This document shows, in pieces, positions 13,990 to 25,272 of a stretch of 64,000 nt of DNA (the first letter of the stretch is position 1; every line of letters starts with the position of its first letter). The DNA comes from Mobula hypostoma (Eukaryota). The stretch is taken from contig NC_086097.1 in the NCBI RefSeq assembly GCF_963921235.1, positions 114,392,001 through 114,456,000 of the forward strand, written 5' to 3'. The notes under the pieces are model-generated. The model searched no databases and was not told the origin of the DNA. It worked only from the letters and a program-made list of their open reading frames with translations. A program made the translations under genes and the position numbers.

Positions 13990-16900
13990 AGATGAGTACC
14001 TACCTTTTGAAACGTAGCAAGACATTAGAGTTTTTTAAAAAGGTGCAGCGAAACATGAAAGTTAAAATAGTACGGTGAGACATTTGAGGTAAAAAGAGGT
14101 ACAGCACGTGCTTCTTCAGGAAGGGACAGAGACAGTCGGGTTAAAAAACAGGCAGAAAATAGATACAACCTATGGGTTCATAAAAAGTGAGTACAGGCTG
14201 ATAATAATCATAAGTAAAAAATCAGACATTACTGGCTACATCCGAAAGATAAACACATTCGATAGCACAATTGATACGTAGATATTGTATACTGAGAGAA
14301 TTGAGCAGTATTTTGAAGCAATTGAAATAGCCAATAAAAAGCAAGTGGCAGTTTTGCCGTGTGCATTCAGTGAAAAGGAATAGAGATTGCTTCAAAGTTG
14401 GACTGCTCCAACCAAACCAATGAAAATGAGCTTTGCTGATAATGCAAAAGTAATACAGGCACACTTAGAACCAAGATCATTGTTGATTGCAGAACACGTT
14501 AGGTTTCACAAGCAGAATCAAAAAGAAGGGGAGTTTTCTTAGCTTTGTCAGTTCATGGGTTTAACGACGCACTGAAAGACTGATCAATTTGCGGAATCCT
14601 GCAAGAAAGCATTAAAAAGCGCTCCTAGCTGAAGCACAGCCATGTTTAAAAAAACAGTTGAAATCACTGTATGAATGCAAACAGCAGGAAGATATACTAT
14701 TGAGATGCTGTCAGGAATGAAAGTAAGCGTGAACAAAATGGCAACATCTAAACAGAATTCTGCCTAGCGGAACAAATTGTGTTGCCATTGTGGCAGGGGC
14801 TCACATACATCAAACCTATGCAGTGTTAAAGGTGAAAATGGCAGAAAACACAACGAAGTAGGACAAACAGTACACAAAGAGCATGTTGGGCGAACTAAGA
14901 CAAATGGACTGCACAGGGAAGAGAAGAAGATAAAAAGTCAAGTTGCAGTTTCAGAAAGAGCACTAATCTGCATGTTGTTGATGAAAAATCTGATAATGAT
15001 GACAGTGGCACAGGACTGGGTAACTTTGAGATTTATAACATGAAAACTAAAAGGAGCCAAGCAGTAGAACCTACACCGGAAGTGAACAGCAAATTAATTC
15101 AAATGGAATTGGACACTGGCTCAGCTGCGTCAGTTAATCCACAAAATGAGTTTGAACAGCACCTCAAAGATACTGAACAGAAGCCTGCAGATATCCTGCT
15201 AAGAACTTATACAGGAGAACATATTCCTGTGGAAATTACTTTCGTAACCATGAAATACAACAAACAAGTCTCACTGGGTTTGTATGTGGTAAAAACGGGA
15301 GGGCCACATTGTGAGGTTTGATTGGCTGAGTCAACCACAACTTGATTGGAGATCCATCCAATCCATTTGCAGACACATCTCCTGCAACAGAGTCAACTGA
15401 AAGTGAATTAAAAAGGTGCTGGATGATGCCTTGGCAGTGTTCAAGGTTTGCAATGAAAAACTCAACATATCATAGTAAAATAGTGTTAAATGAAAATGCC
15501 ACACCCAAGTTAAACAAAGCCCATTGGTTCCATATTCGACTCAAAATAAAATAGCCAGGGAATGCATGGAGGCTGAAGGAGTTTATCCAAGGTTGGGTGG
15601 AGCTCATGGGCAATGCCGGTGGTCCCAGAAGCCAAGAAGGATGGGTCTATCAGGACCTGTAGTGATTTTAAGGTCAAAATCAACCCAGTACAGAAAGTAG
15701 ACCAATACCCTCTGTCCAGGACAGAAGATACCTTTACAAAACTTTCTGGAGGGAAACACTTCAGCAAAGTGGACTTAGCTGAGGCCTATCTACAGATGGA
15801 GTTGGAAGATGAGTCCAAAGTGTTTTTCATCATGAACACTCACAAAGAGCTTTATTACTATAATAATTTTGGAGTAGCATCTGCACCTGCTGCAGTTTGG
15901 CAGAAAGAAATGGACCAGGTGCTGTAAGATGATCAGGCACTTGGTGCTACCTGGATAACATCATTGTAACTGGTAAGAATGACAAAGAACATCTCCACAA
16001 TCTGAAGAAAGTGTGAAAAGGATTAGAAGATTATGGGTAGAAAACATGATGCAACAAGTATGAATTCTTTAAACTAAGCATCACTTACTCTAGTCACACC
16101 ATTGACACACAAGCATTTACAGAAGTTTGCTGAGAAAATTCAAGCAATGTTGGATGCCCCAAGGGCAAAGGATATGTCATAGTTGCAATCCTTTTAAGGA
16201 TTTGTCAATTACTATAACAGGTTCCTACCAAACCTGGCTACTGAGCTCCACCCCTTGAACTCATTATTACCGATCAGGAAGAAATGGTAATGGACAAAGC
16301 AGTGTGTGGTGGCTTTCGAAAGGTAAAGGAGATGGTGACGTCAGATACTGTACTTGCACATTATGATCCATATTATCCAGCGATACTTGCTTGTGACACC
16401 TGGCCTTATGGTATAGGTGTAGTCACGTCACGTGTTATGAGTGATGGAAGTGAACGCCTTGTAGCCTTTGCATTACATTCCCTTACCACTGCACAGAAAA
16501 ATGACGCACAAATTGACAGAGAAGCTTTGAGTCTGGATTGGGGTGTAAAACATTTCAACCAATACTCATATGGTAGGGAGTTTACCCTCATTACTGATCA
16601 TCAACCACTAGTGTCCATTTTCAATCCACAGAAGGGTTCCACGAACAATAGCAGCACAAACACACAGATGGGCTCTGTTTCTTGAAGGACACAATTTCAA
16701 GATTGAATTCAAGAGGACAACTGATCTTGGAAATGCTGATAGATTGTCCCTTTTACCCTTGGGAAAGGAAATAACTGAAAAATTTACAAAAGACAACACT
16801 CCTCTTGATGTATTCTCCCAAATACAAATTGACTGGGAGAGGTGATCTAAAGGGAAACTAGAAAAGACCCCACACTGTCTCAGATGGCACCCAAAGTGGC

Positions 16901-17613
16901 TGGAGTGTACACCAATAATCCCAGTTCCCCTGTGTCTGCCCTCGATCAGGGTTGCCTCACGTGGGGACTGAGAGTCTTTGTACCAACTAAGCTGAGAGCT
17001 AAAGTGCTAGAGGAGCTAGCTGCTAGGCATCTAGGTGTGGCCAAAATGAAAATGGTGGGTCAAAGCTTTGTCTTTGGCCTTGGATAGATCAACAGAATCG
17101 AGCAGCTTGCTGTGCACTGTTCAGGATGCTAACACATCCAAAAGAAAGGTCTCCACAGCTGTTAGATCCACTTCCTGCAGTTTTAGAGTCAACCACCAAG
17201 GAGGAGGTCCCAGAAACTAAGATTGTTTCACAGCCACAAGCCTCACCTGGCAAGCAGAGTGACCATCCTCGCTCTCAGGAAAGATGTTGTCCCACAAGAA
17301 CAAGAAAGCCTCCACAGCGATTATATCTTTAGGCTTGGATTATATTTTGCTTTGCTGTGGATATCTATATAGTAGTTGTATTATACGGTATACTATATAT
17401 ATTTGAGCAATAATGTAAATACATTGTTTGATTAAGCATGCTTGTTTGTTTACATAATTCATTACAGGTTATATGAAAAAATTCGTGAATGACATAAGTC
17501 ATCACCTCACCACGTCTTATTTGAATACATCACTAAAGTAAGGAAAAACTGAAGCATATTTGAGCTATCGCCAGCTCTCCCACTTATTTTTTGATTAGTG
17601 ACAAAACATAACA
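13990..17613 (+). mobile_element. Degenerate Gypsy/Ty3 LTR retrotransposon
   Basis: CCHC-like zinc knuckle (14777), protease ELDTGSA (15040), RT FSKVDLAEAY (15613), RNase H LACD...TDHQPL (16284), LTR-like 3' end at ~17400-17613. Confidence 0.85.
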
Positions 17614-17754
17614 GCCCCGTGTTTTATTGAATTGCCAAGCTCCATGACCTCCTCCAAAACTATTGGCATGAGCTGGCAACTCAGGGACGGGTGTCCGCGA
17701 TGCAGGTTTACGTTGACTACTGAAGGATTCCTTCGGACAGGAATGAAGTATTGA
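17614..17754 (+). pseudogene. Endogenous influenza-like neuraminidase (NA) C-terminal fragment (candidate)
   Basis: APCFIEL..MTSS.KTIGMSWQLRDG...FTL versus recalled NA RPCFWVEL..WTS..SDTVGWSWPDG...PFTI; needs an internal deletion. Confidence 0.5.
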
Positions 17755-17786
17755 ACACAGCCTCCAGTGTGCTTGCCTATCAACGG

Positions 17787-18025
17787 TCCTTCGAAATAAA
17801 CACTTTTCACCAAATGTACTTATGCTCTGATTGACAGGAGTATGGGCCACGTCCTCACTTGAGGGGAATTCTTAAAAGTACATGTGTTTAAAGGTAAAGG
17901 CCACATTTAATTTGATGGGCTGAGGGGAAGGTCGACTTTGGGAAGAATCTCTTTCACGGAAGATTGAAGGGGAAAAGGTCATTAAAAGGGTACAATTTGT
18001 CGAATACACTTTTGATGTAGGGTAA
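17787..18025 (+). pseudogene. Endogenous influenza-like NS1 N-terminal fragment (candidate)
   Basis: SFEINTF vs SFQVDCF; KATF..G*...RLWEES vs TATRAG...RILEEES; FVEYTFD vs LTDMTLE; frameshifted. Confidence 0.5.
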
Positions 18026-18161
18026 TTCTGCCGAATTAAAATAAAGTGTGGTGTCCATGCCAATAAATTAACAATATCTCATCGTCAACGAAGTAAGCGA
18101 AATTAGGTATCCGTATTTGCTTACATAAGCAAATTCCGAGGCTCTGAGCGAAAAGACTTAC

Positions 18162-18460
18162 TCTGTAGAAGGATTAATTTCCCTTGGGACGAGACGGCAA
18201 ACTGTTTCTACGTTTTGCAATTAATCCACCGGAGAGTCAACACTGAAAAAGTCAGTATGTAACAGCTTTCATAACAGGCACAGCCCACCCGAGAATGAGT
18301 TACACAACCCGATCGGAGGGGCGGGACCGGCAGAGCGTAACCCGATGCCGACCGAGTCTGGGACTCGGGCAGTTACCAGTCGGCAGAGCTGAACTTCCTC
18401 ACTCTGCGGCACATGTCACACGCCAGATGCCAGAGCTAAATGGTGCAGGCGTCAGCAGTT
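18162..18460 (-). promoter_or_regulatory. Putative promoter / non-coding first exon of the membrane-protein gene
   Basis: Local CpG enrichment, GC box ggggcggg at ~18318 and a minus-strand consensus donor GTAAGT starting at 18161. Confidence 0.4.
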
Positions 18461-18619
18461 CTCCAAGTCCTGGATACAAACTGTGGGATGTGACACTGAC
18501 AACGGTCCACACACACACAGCGTTACGAAGTCAAGCATCCCTACCGCTCCCGTACTTGGTGCTCCCTTGTCATTGCAGTCCAATGGCGGTAAATGCTGAG
18601 ATCTCCTGTACAATCGAAA

Positions 18620-19275
18620 GCAACCCCCTCCTCACCTCCATCAGAGCCCCAAACAGTCCTTCCAGGTGAGGCAAAGCTTCACCTGCGAACCTGCTGGGGG
18701 TTGTCTATTGTCCGGAGCTCCCGATGCGGCCTCCTCTACATTGGTGAGACCTGTCGTAAATTGGGGGACCACTTCGTCGAGCACCTCCACACCATCCGCC
18801 ACAAGCAAAACTTCACGGTGGCCAGGTGTTTTAATTCCGATTCCCGTTCCCTTTCCGATGTGTCAGTCCATGGCCTCATCCTCCACCTTCAGGTGGAGGA
18901 GCAACACCCTCTATAGCGTCTGAGTAGCATCCAACCTGATGGCATGAATATCAATTCCTCCTTCTGATAAACTAATTCCCTTCCCCTCAACCTTATATCT
19001 TTTCTCACCGGCCTATTACTTCCTCCTGGGTCCTCTCCTCCTTCCTTTTATTCCTATTGTCCACTGTCCTCTCCTATCAGATTTCTTCTTCTCCAGCCCT
19101 TAACCTTTCTCACCCACCTGGCTTCACCTATTGTCTTCCAGCTAACCTCCTTCCTGACCTTTTTATTCTGACATCTTACCCCTTCCTTCTCAACCCTGAA
19201 GAAAGGTCTCGACCTGAAACATCTGCTATCTATTCATTTCCATAGATGCTGCCTGACCTGCTGAGTTTCTCCAGC

Positions 19276-19306
<31 letters not shown>

Positions 19307-19345
19307 CTGTGTTGATTTGGATTTCCAGCATCTGCAGACTTTCTC
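18620..19345 (+). mobile_element. Penelope-like element 3' fragment (GIY-YIG region) and associated repeat
   Basis: CGLLYIGET...HFVEHL motif; same family as 30583-32330. Confidence 0.75.
19278..19306. repeat. (TG)n microsatellite
   Basis: Direct run of tg repeats. Confidence 0.95.
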
Positions 19346-19534
19346 ATGTTTATAACTGGTCCTTCCTCTGTTTCCAGTTCTAACAATGGGACCCAGAACT
19401 GAAACACTAATTCTTGTCTCTCTTCCCACAAGCACTGCCTATCCTGCAGAGGGTTTCCAGCATGGTCTGTTTTTAGTTCAAATTTCCAACAGGAAAAGAG
19501 GCTTTAAGACCAAAGTGATCAATGTGGAAGAAGA

Positions 19535-20430
19535 TTCCCATCTAAGCTAGTCCCATTTGTTCAAGTTTGGCCCAACATTACCTGTCCATGTACCTGTCTA
19601 AGTGTTCTTTAAATGTTAGTAATATACCTGTTGCAACCACTTGGTCTGGCAACTCATTCCATATACTGACCACCCTACGGGTGAAGAAGTTGACCCTTAA
19701 GTTCCTATTCAACCTCTCCCCTCTCACTATGAAGCTCTTTCCTCGAGTTCCCAATTCTGCAGCCCTGGGAGAAAGACTATGTGTATTCATTCTATTTATG
19801 CCCATCATAATTTTGTACCCTTTTATAAGGTCACCCCTTATCATGTGACACTCCAATAAATAAAGTCACAACTGCTCAACTTCCCTCTGTCCCTCAGGCA
19901 CTAACGACAGTTCTTATGAGCGTTTGACGGCCTTGGGTCTTTACTTGCTCAATTCTCAAGAATGAGGGCAGAATCTCATTGAAATCTATTGAATATTGAA
20001 TAGCTTACATAAAGTGGACATTGAGAGGATGTTTCCAGCTGTGGGGGAGTCTAGGACCAGAGGGCACAGCCTCAGAATACAAAGACGCCCCTTTAGAACA
20101 GAGATGAGGAAGAACTTCTTTAGCCAGAGGGTGATGAATCTGTGGAATTCATTGCCACAGATGGCTGTGAAGGCCAAGTCATTGGTTATACTTAAAGTGG
20201 AGGTTAATAGGTTTTCGATTAGTAAGGGTGTCAAAGGTGAATGCAGGAGAATGGGGTTGAAAGGGATAATAAATCAGCCATGTTTGAATGGTGGAGCAGA
20301 ATAGATGGGCTGAATGACATAATTCTGCTCCTATATCTTGCAGTCTTATCCTCATAATTCTGCTGTGCACTCTTTACAGTTTAACGGCATCTTTACTATA
20401 ACCGGGTGACCAGAACTCAACACAAAACAC
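19535..20430. mobile_element. CR1 LINE 3' fragments (both orientations)
   Basis: RGDLI..YKIM.G; RTRGHSL; FFSQRVMNLWNSLP. Confidence 0.8.
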
Positions 20431-20500
20431 AACATCTGCAGTTCTTTTTAAGATTTTTACCTAGAGTCTCTTGTCCATTGAGTTACTTAAAGGTAAACAT

Positions 20501-21043
20501 ACACTCAGTGACCATTCAGTAATACATCCTGTGCCTAATAAAATAACCAGAGTGTACGCTCATGGTCTTTTGCTGCTGCAGCCCATACACTTCAAGGTTC
20601 AATATATTATGCATTCAGAGATGTGCTTCTGCACATTACCGATGTAATGGGTGGTTCGTTGAGTTACTGTCGCTTTCCTGTCAGCTTGAACCAGTCTGGC
20701 CATTCTCATTAACAAGGCAATTTTGCCCACAGAACTGCTACTCACTAGATCTTTTGTTTGCTTTTCACTTCCTTCTCTGTAAACTCTAGAGACTGTTGTA
20801 AAAAATCCTTGGAGATCAGCAGTTTCTGAGACACTCAAACCACCCTGCCTGGCACCGACATTCATTCCACTGTCCAAGTCACATAGATCACATTTCTTCC
20901 CCATTCTGAGATTTGGCCTGAACAACAACTTGACCATGTCTTCAATCTTCTCTGCATTGAGTTGCTGCCACATGATTAGTTGATATGATATTTGCTTTAA
21001 AGAGCAGCTGTACAGGGTAATTAATAATGTGGCCACTAAGTGC
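20501..21043. mobile_element. Tc1/mariner-derived non-autonomous element
   Basis: TIRs cactcagtgacca / tggccactaagtg; minus-strand remnant MGKKCDL..VGARQGGLSVSETADL resembles a Tc1 transposase N-terminus. Confidence 0.7.
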
Positions 21044-21068
21044 CGTGGTGTTTTTTTTTGATAAAAAG

Positions 21069-21365
21069 GTAATCCCAAGTAAAATAAAATTTCACAAACT
21101 AAATAAATCTGAATTTCTATAGCATGTAACATTTAACAAAACTTCTGCTCTTGTGATCAAATCAGTTAACTATTCAGTTAATCCAGTCAAAAATATCCAT
21201 TTCTTTGCTGAATTGGTTGACCAAGGTGGTACAATAACAGTAAATTTCTGGAAATGTTCAACTGGTGAGCTACAAGAAGAGAGAGAGGAGAATAGAGCAA
21301 GGAGCAGAGCGGACGTCTCCGGATAATGACATTTCAGCAGAGATGAGATGGGCAGGGATAGATGT
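21069..21365 (+). pseudogene. Endogenous influenza-like NS1 effector-domain/NEP-overlap fragment (candidate)
   Basis: LVIKSVNYSV vs IILKANFSV; DQGGTI vs EEGAI; STGELQEE vs LPGHTDED; SRDEMGR vs SSNENGR; overlapping frame AEMR vs NEP AVMR. Confidence 0.5.
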
Positions 21366-21799
21366 TTCCTGAGGTGTTAAGTGTTGCCAGCATCCTCTGC
21401 ATTAATTTGAGATTTCCAGCATCCATGGTAGTTTGCATTGGTTGAGTTTGCATTGGTTGGTCCAAGTTAGGCTGAGGGAAAAGTTCAGGCAGGACGTTGT
21501 GGACTGGAGGGAGTTGGGAAGTGCTGTTCCCAGATGTCGTTGTCAAGCCCACCACTTTTTATTAATGTATCTATCAATGGAGCCTGATTCCTCAATATGT
21601 TTACGGTTAACGTGCTATTTATTTGATGCTAGTTTAAAAATTAATATTAGTTATGGTGACTCTGTGGTCCAATTATAAGCAATGCTTTCTGAGTGGAACT
21701 GCAAATCAGGTCTGTGGTTTACTGGCAATATAATGGTCAACTGGAAATGCTGCAAACAGCGATTCAATATATATTTAGTGGCTAGCAGAGTGGGAGGGA

Positions 21800-24035
21800 C
21801 CGATGAAAAATTGAAGGCACAGCTACTGTAAGGTACAGCCAATATTAGGTCTGAGTGCATGTGAGAAGCTCAACCTGGTGAAAAGAGTTTTCGTAGTGGC
21901 TTCACAGACCAAAGATGACCGCACGTCACTCAAAGAACAGTACGCAGATGTCATTGAGGGGCTCAGGAGCTTACCTGGTGTACACAAAATTCATGTAGAT
22001 AAGGCAGTAGCTGCTGCCGTCCATGCATGCAGGGAAGTTCTGTTTGCACTTAGAGACAAACTTAACAAGAACTAGCATGCATGGAATGGATAAATGTCAT
22101 ACGGAAAACTGAAGAGCCAACAGACTGGGTGAGCTCTCTGGTCATTGTGCAAAAGGGAATTGACTGTTTTATGGACAGTAGTAATCCTATTTTAATTTGA
22201 ATTTGAATTTATTCACTGTCTTGTAAATACTTAATGTGTGTACTTTGTGTATTTGTTGTGAAGTAAACTTTTATAGTTTTGTAAGAAAAAGGAAAATGGA
22301 GAATTGCGGATATGTCTAGACCCAAGAGATCTCAGTAAAGCCACCGGGGCCAAAATAATTCAAGTTTTCATCTGGACAATTCTCAAATGCTGTCAGCAAA
22401 CCAGACTCAACCACTCTCTCAGGTGGTGCATTCAGTCACTCTCCTCTGAGTGAAGAGGGTCTCCCTCATATCCTTTCTGAATCTCTTCCACCTTACCCTA
22501 TACCTGCGTCCTGTAGTTTGATCTGTTCTGATGTGGGGAGAAGTTTCCTGCACTCTACCCTTTCCATAGCCATCATAATGTTATGCACCTCAGGCATGTC
22601 CCCTCTTAACCTCTTCCGTTCTAGGGAGGACAGACATAACTTTTTCAATCTCTCCTCATAAAAGGGCTGCTCCATTACAGGCAACATCCTGGTGAATACC
22701 TTCTGCATCATTTCTACCACCTCCTACTGTATATCTTGATGACCAAAGCTGTTAAGGCCTGAGCAAAGTTTTATAAAGAAGGAACATAACCTCATTACTT
22801 CTACATTCATTTCCCCACCTATTGGAAACGAGTGTCCATTATGCCTTCCCAAACATGTTGGCCTATCCGCATTGCCAGCTTCAAGGACTGTTGGACTTGC
22901 GCTCCGAGGTCTGTCTGTTCCACACTACTCCGAGACCATCCAACTCATAATGCATATCCCAGTTTCTTCAGTGCTCCCAAAATACATCACTTTGCTTTAT
23001 TTGGATTTAAGTGTTATTTCTCAGCCAATTTCAGCAAAACATTGACACCTCTCAGCAGCTTCCTCGCTATTAACAACCCTGTCAATCTTCCCATAATTCA
23101 TGAACTTATTCATCTTCCCTCCTGCATCCTCATCTTATACAACGTAAGATGCAGGGGCAGAATTAGGCTATTCGGCCCACCAAGTGTGCTCTGCCACTTC
23201 ATCATGGCTGATTCACCATCCCTCTCAACCCCATTCTCCTGCCTTTCCCACCTAACCTTTGACACACTTACCAATTGAGAACCTATCAACACCTGCTATA
23301 AATACACCATGATGGCTTGGCTTTCACAGCCATCTGTGGAAATGAATTTCATGGACTCATGATCCTCTGCCTAAAGGCATTTCTGCGCCTCTCTGTTCTA
23401 AAGGGCAGTCCTTCCATTCTCAGATCCTCGACCATGGGAACCATCCCCTCCACATTCGCTCTATCTGAGCCTTTCAATATTCAATGAGATCCCCCTCATT
23501 CTTCTAAACTCCAGCGATTACAGGCCCAGAGCCAACAAGCCTTATGAAGAATGAAATGCTGCTATGAGAAATAACTCCACTCTCCCTTCAAATGATTTAA
23601 TTGGTTATGTATGATCCAGACAATTTATGAGATATCTTCAATTAATTCCGTCATTTAATACCAGCAACAACCATAATGATTTATGGTAAGTTCAAGATTC
23701 TTCATCGTAACTATCATTAACATTAATGAAAAAGATCTCTTGGCTCAGCAAGGATCCCTGGGAGAGAGAATTGTGATTAAATATCCCCACCATTGCAGTA
23801 ATAGTCCCGAAACCTGATTCACTGCAGTGAACATCTCAGAGAAGGCTTCACTGAGAAATAGCTATATCAATAATTAATTCTGTGGATGGTACGATACTGA
23901 ATTGATGCATTAACAATGTTGGAAATGTTCCTTCTCCAGTATATTCATAATGTATTATGCTTGATGTGACTTAGATGAATATATTCCAAATCTCCACCGC
24001 ATTTGTATCTCAAGCAAAGTATTACCCACTTAATG
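21800..24035 (-). pseudogene. Endogenous influenza-like haemagglutinin (HA1 end + HA2), in pieces 24035-23540, 22408-22349 and 21865-21800
   Basis: In order: GIYSS, TGEG, FQ, VPSTEL, L*DV..ESGFGTITA (cleavage site/fusion peptide), HNSLSQGS, DGIN, EGRVE, SGLLTAFENCPDE (vs NGCFEFYHKCDNE) and ILAVPYSSCA (vs ILAIYSTVA). Confidence 0.55.
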
Positions 24036-24220
24036 AATTTTAGCTTATTAACTTTGATACATGCAGAATATTAAATTCCTCATCAATAATAAACCAAATG
24101 ATCTGACTTTGTTACATTTTTGTCCCAGACACTGTTTTTGAGTGTGCCTTCAATATGAATGCTCTGTTTCATAGCTTTATACCTACTTATTTGCTGTGTA
24201 AGCAGCCAATGAAGAAACCT

Positions 24221-24577
24221 CATCATCATCATCATTGTGTGCCGTGTCGTATGATGTAGGCAATCATGGTCTCATGATCACGATTGTTCTCGCCAAACTT
24301 TCTAAAGAACTGGTTTGCCATTACCTTCTTCTGGGCAATATCAATAACTCCGTGGAGATTGACCGCCTGACATCAGTGGTTGAATAACCAGGACTTGTGA
24401 TAAGCACCAGCTGCTCCTATGACCATCCACCACTTGCTGCCATGGCTTCAAGTGACCCTGATCAGGGGACTAAGCAGGTGCTACACCTTGCCCAAGGGTG
24501 ACCTGCGGGATAGCAGAGGAAAGGAGCACCTTACACCTCTTTTGGTAGAGACATGTCTCTACCCCCCCCCAACACTT
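24221..24577 (-). mobile_element. RTE/Bov-B-like retroelement with (ATG)n tail inserted in the PB2 fossil
   Basis: agaagaaggtaatggcaaacca core resembles the Bov-A/RTE 3' end; 9-bp TSD aagaaacct at 24212-24220 and 24578-24586. Confidence 0.75.
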
Positions 24578-25190
24578 AAGAAACCTAGAGTTAATAAAAT
24601 CTGTTGCTGGTGCATGGTGTGTGTGCCAGTAAAAATGACAAGCAACTGAATCAAGCAAATCACTATATAATGAGTACCAGAATTATTCCCTAACTAGTTG
24701 CCACATCGAGCTCTTCTCAATTGTTATGCTGGCAATCACAATGTTTGCATTTAATTCCTTGCATTTGGGCTTTATAATCTTGTAAATGAAATAAGATCTA
24801 ACTTAAGTATGCAATTATTCCATGAATAATATAATTAGGTTGTTAAAATTGCATTTTAACTGAAGTTACTAAAAGGCATATGCACCAAAATTAAGTACGT
24901 ATCTAAAAATTACATTTGATTCTGTTATCTTTAAGTAAGTTGTATACCTATGGACAATGCATCCATATTATACACTATATTTCCTTCTTTAGAATCCCAG
25001 ATAAAAACCATATAGATTGCTATATTGGTTTCTTTAGAATCCTTCCTTTATTTTTGTGTCCAACTCTGCAGCCATGAATATATAGATGACCATGGAAAAA
25101 GCAGTGCATTTTGAGGTTTTAATAATTGTCCTTACACCTTGTTAATACTCATACCAAAAGTAACTTGACAAGGGAACGTTCAGATGCTTG

Positions 25191-25272
25191 AACATAGAAC
25201 GTAGAACTTTACCGCAGAGTACAGGCCCTTCAGCCCACAATGTTGTGCCAACCTTTTAACCTGCTCTTGTGA
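25191..25272 (-). mobile_element. Short CR1 3'-tail insertion in the PB2 fossil
   Basis: ggcacaacattgtgggctgaagggcctgta...ttctatgtt matches the CR1 tails at ~33290 and ~45120. Confidence 0.75.

Noticed and set aside
20430..20480. NICSSF*DFYL resembling the NS1/NEP N-terminus
   Set aside because: It partly overlaps a CR1 end, is very short, and is out of order with the better N-terminal match at 17787.
25191..25272. CR1 tail as the 3' end of a CR1-virus chimera that mediated integration
   Set aside because: PB2 similarity resumes beyond it (LNVPLSSYFWYE and onward), so it is a later insertion.
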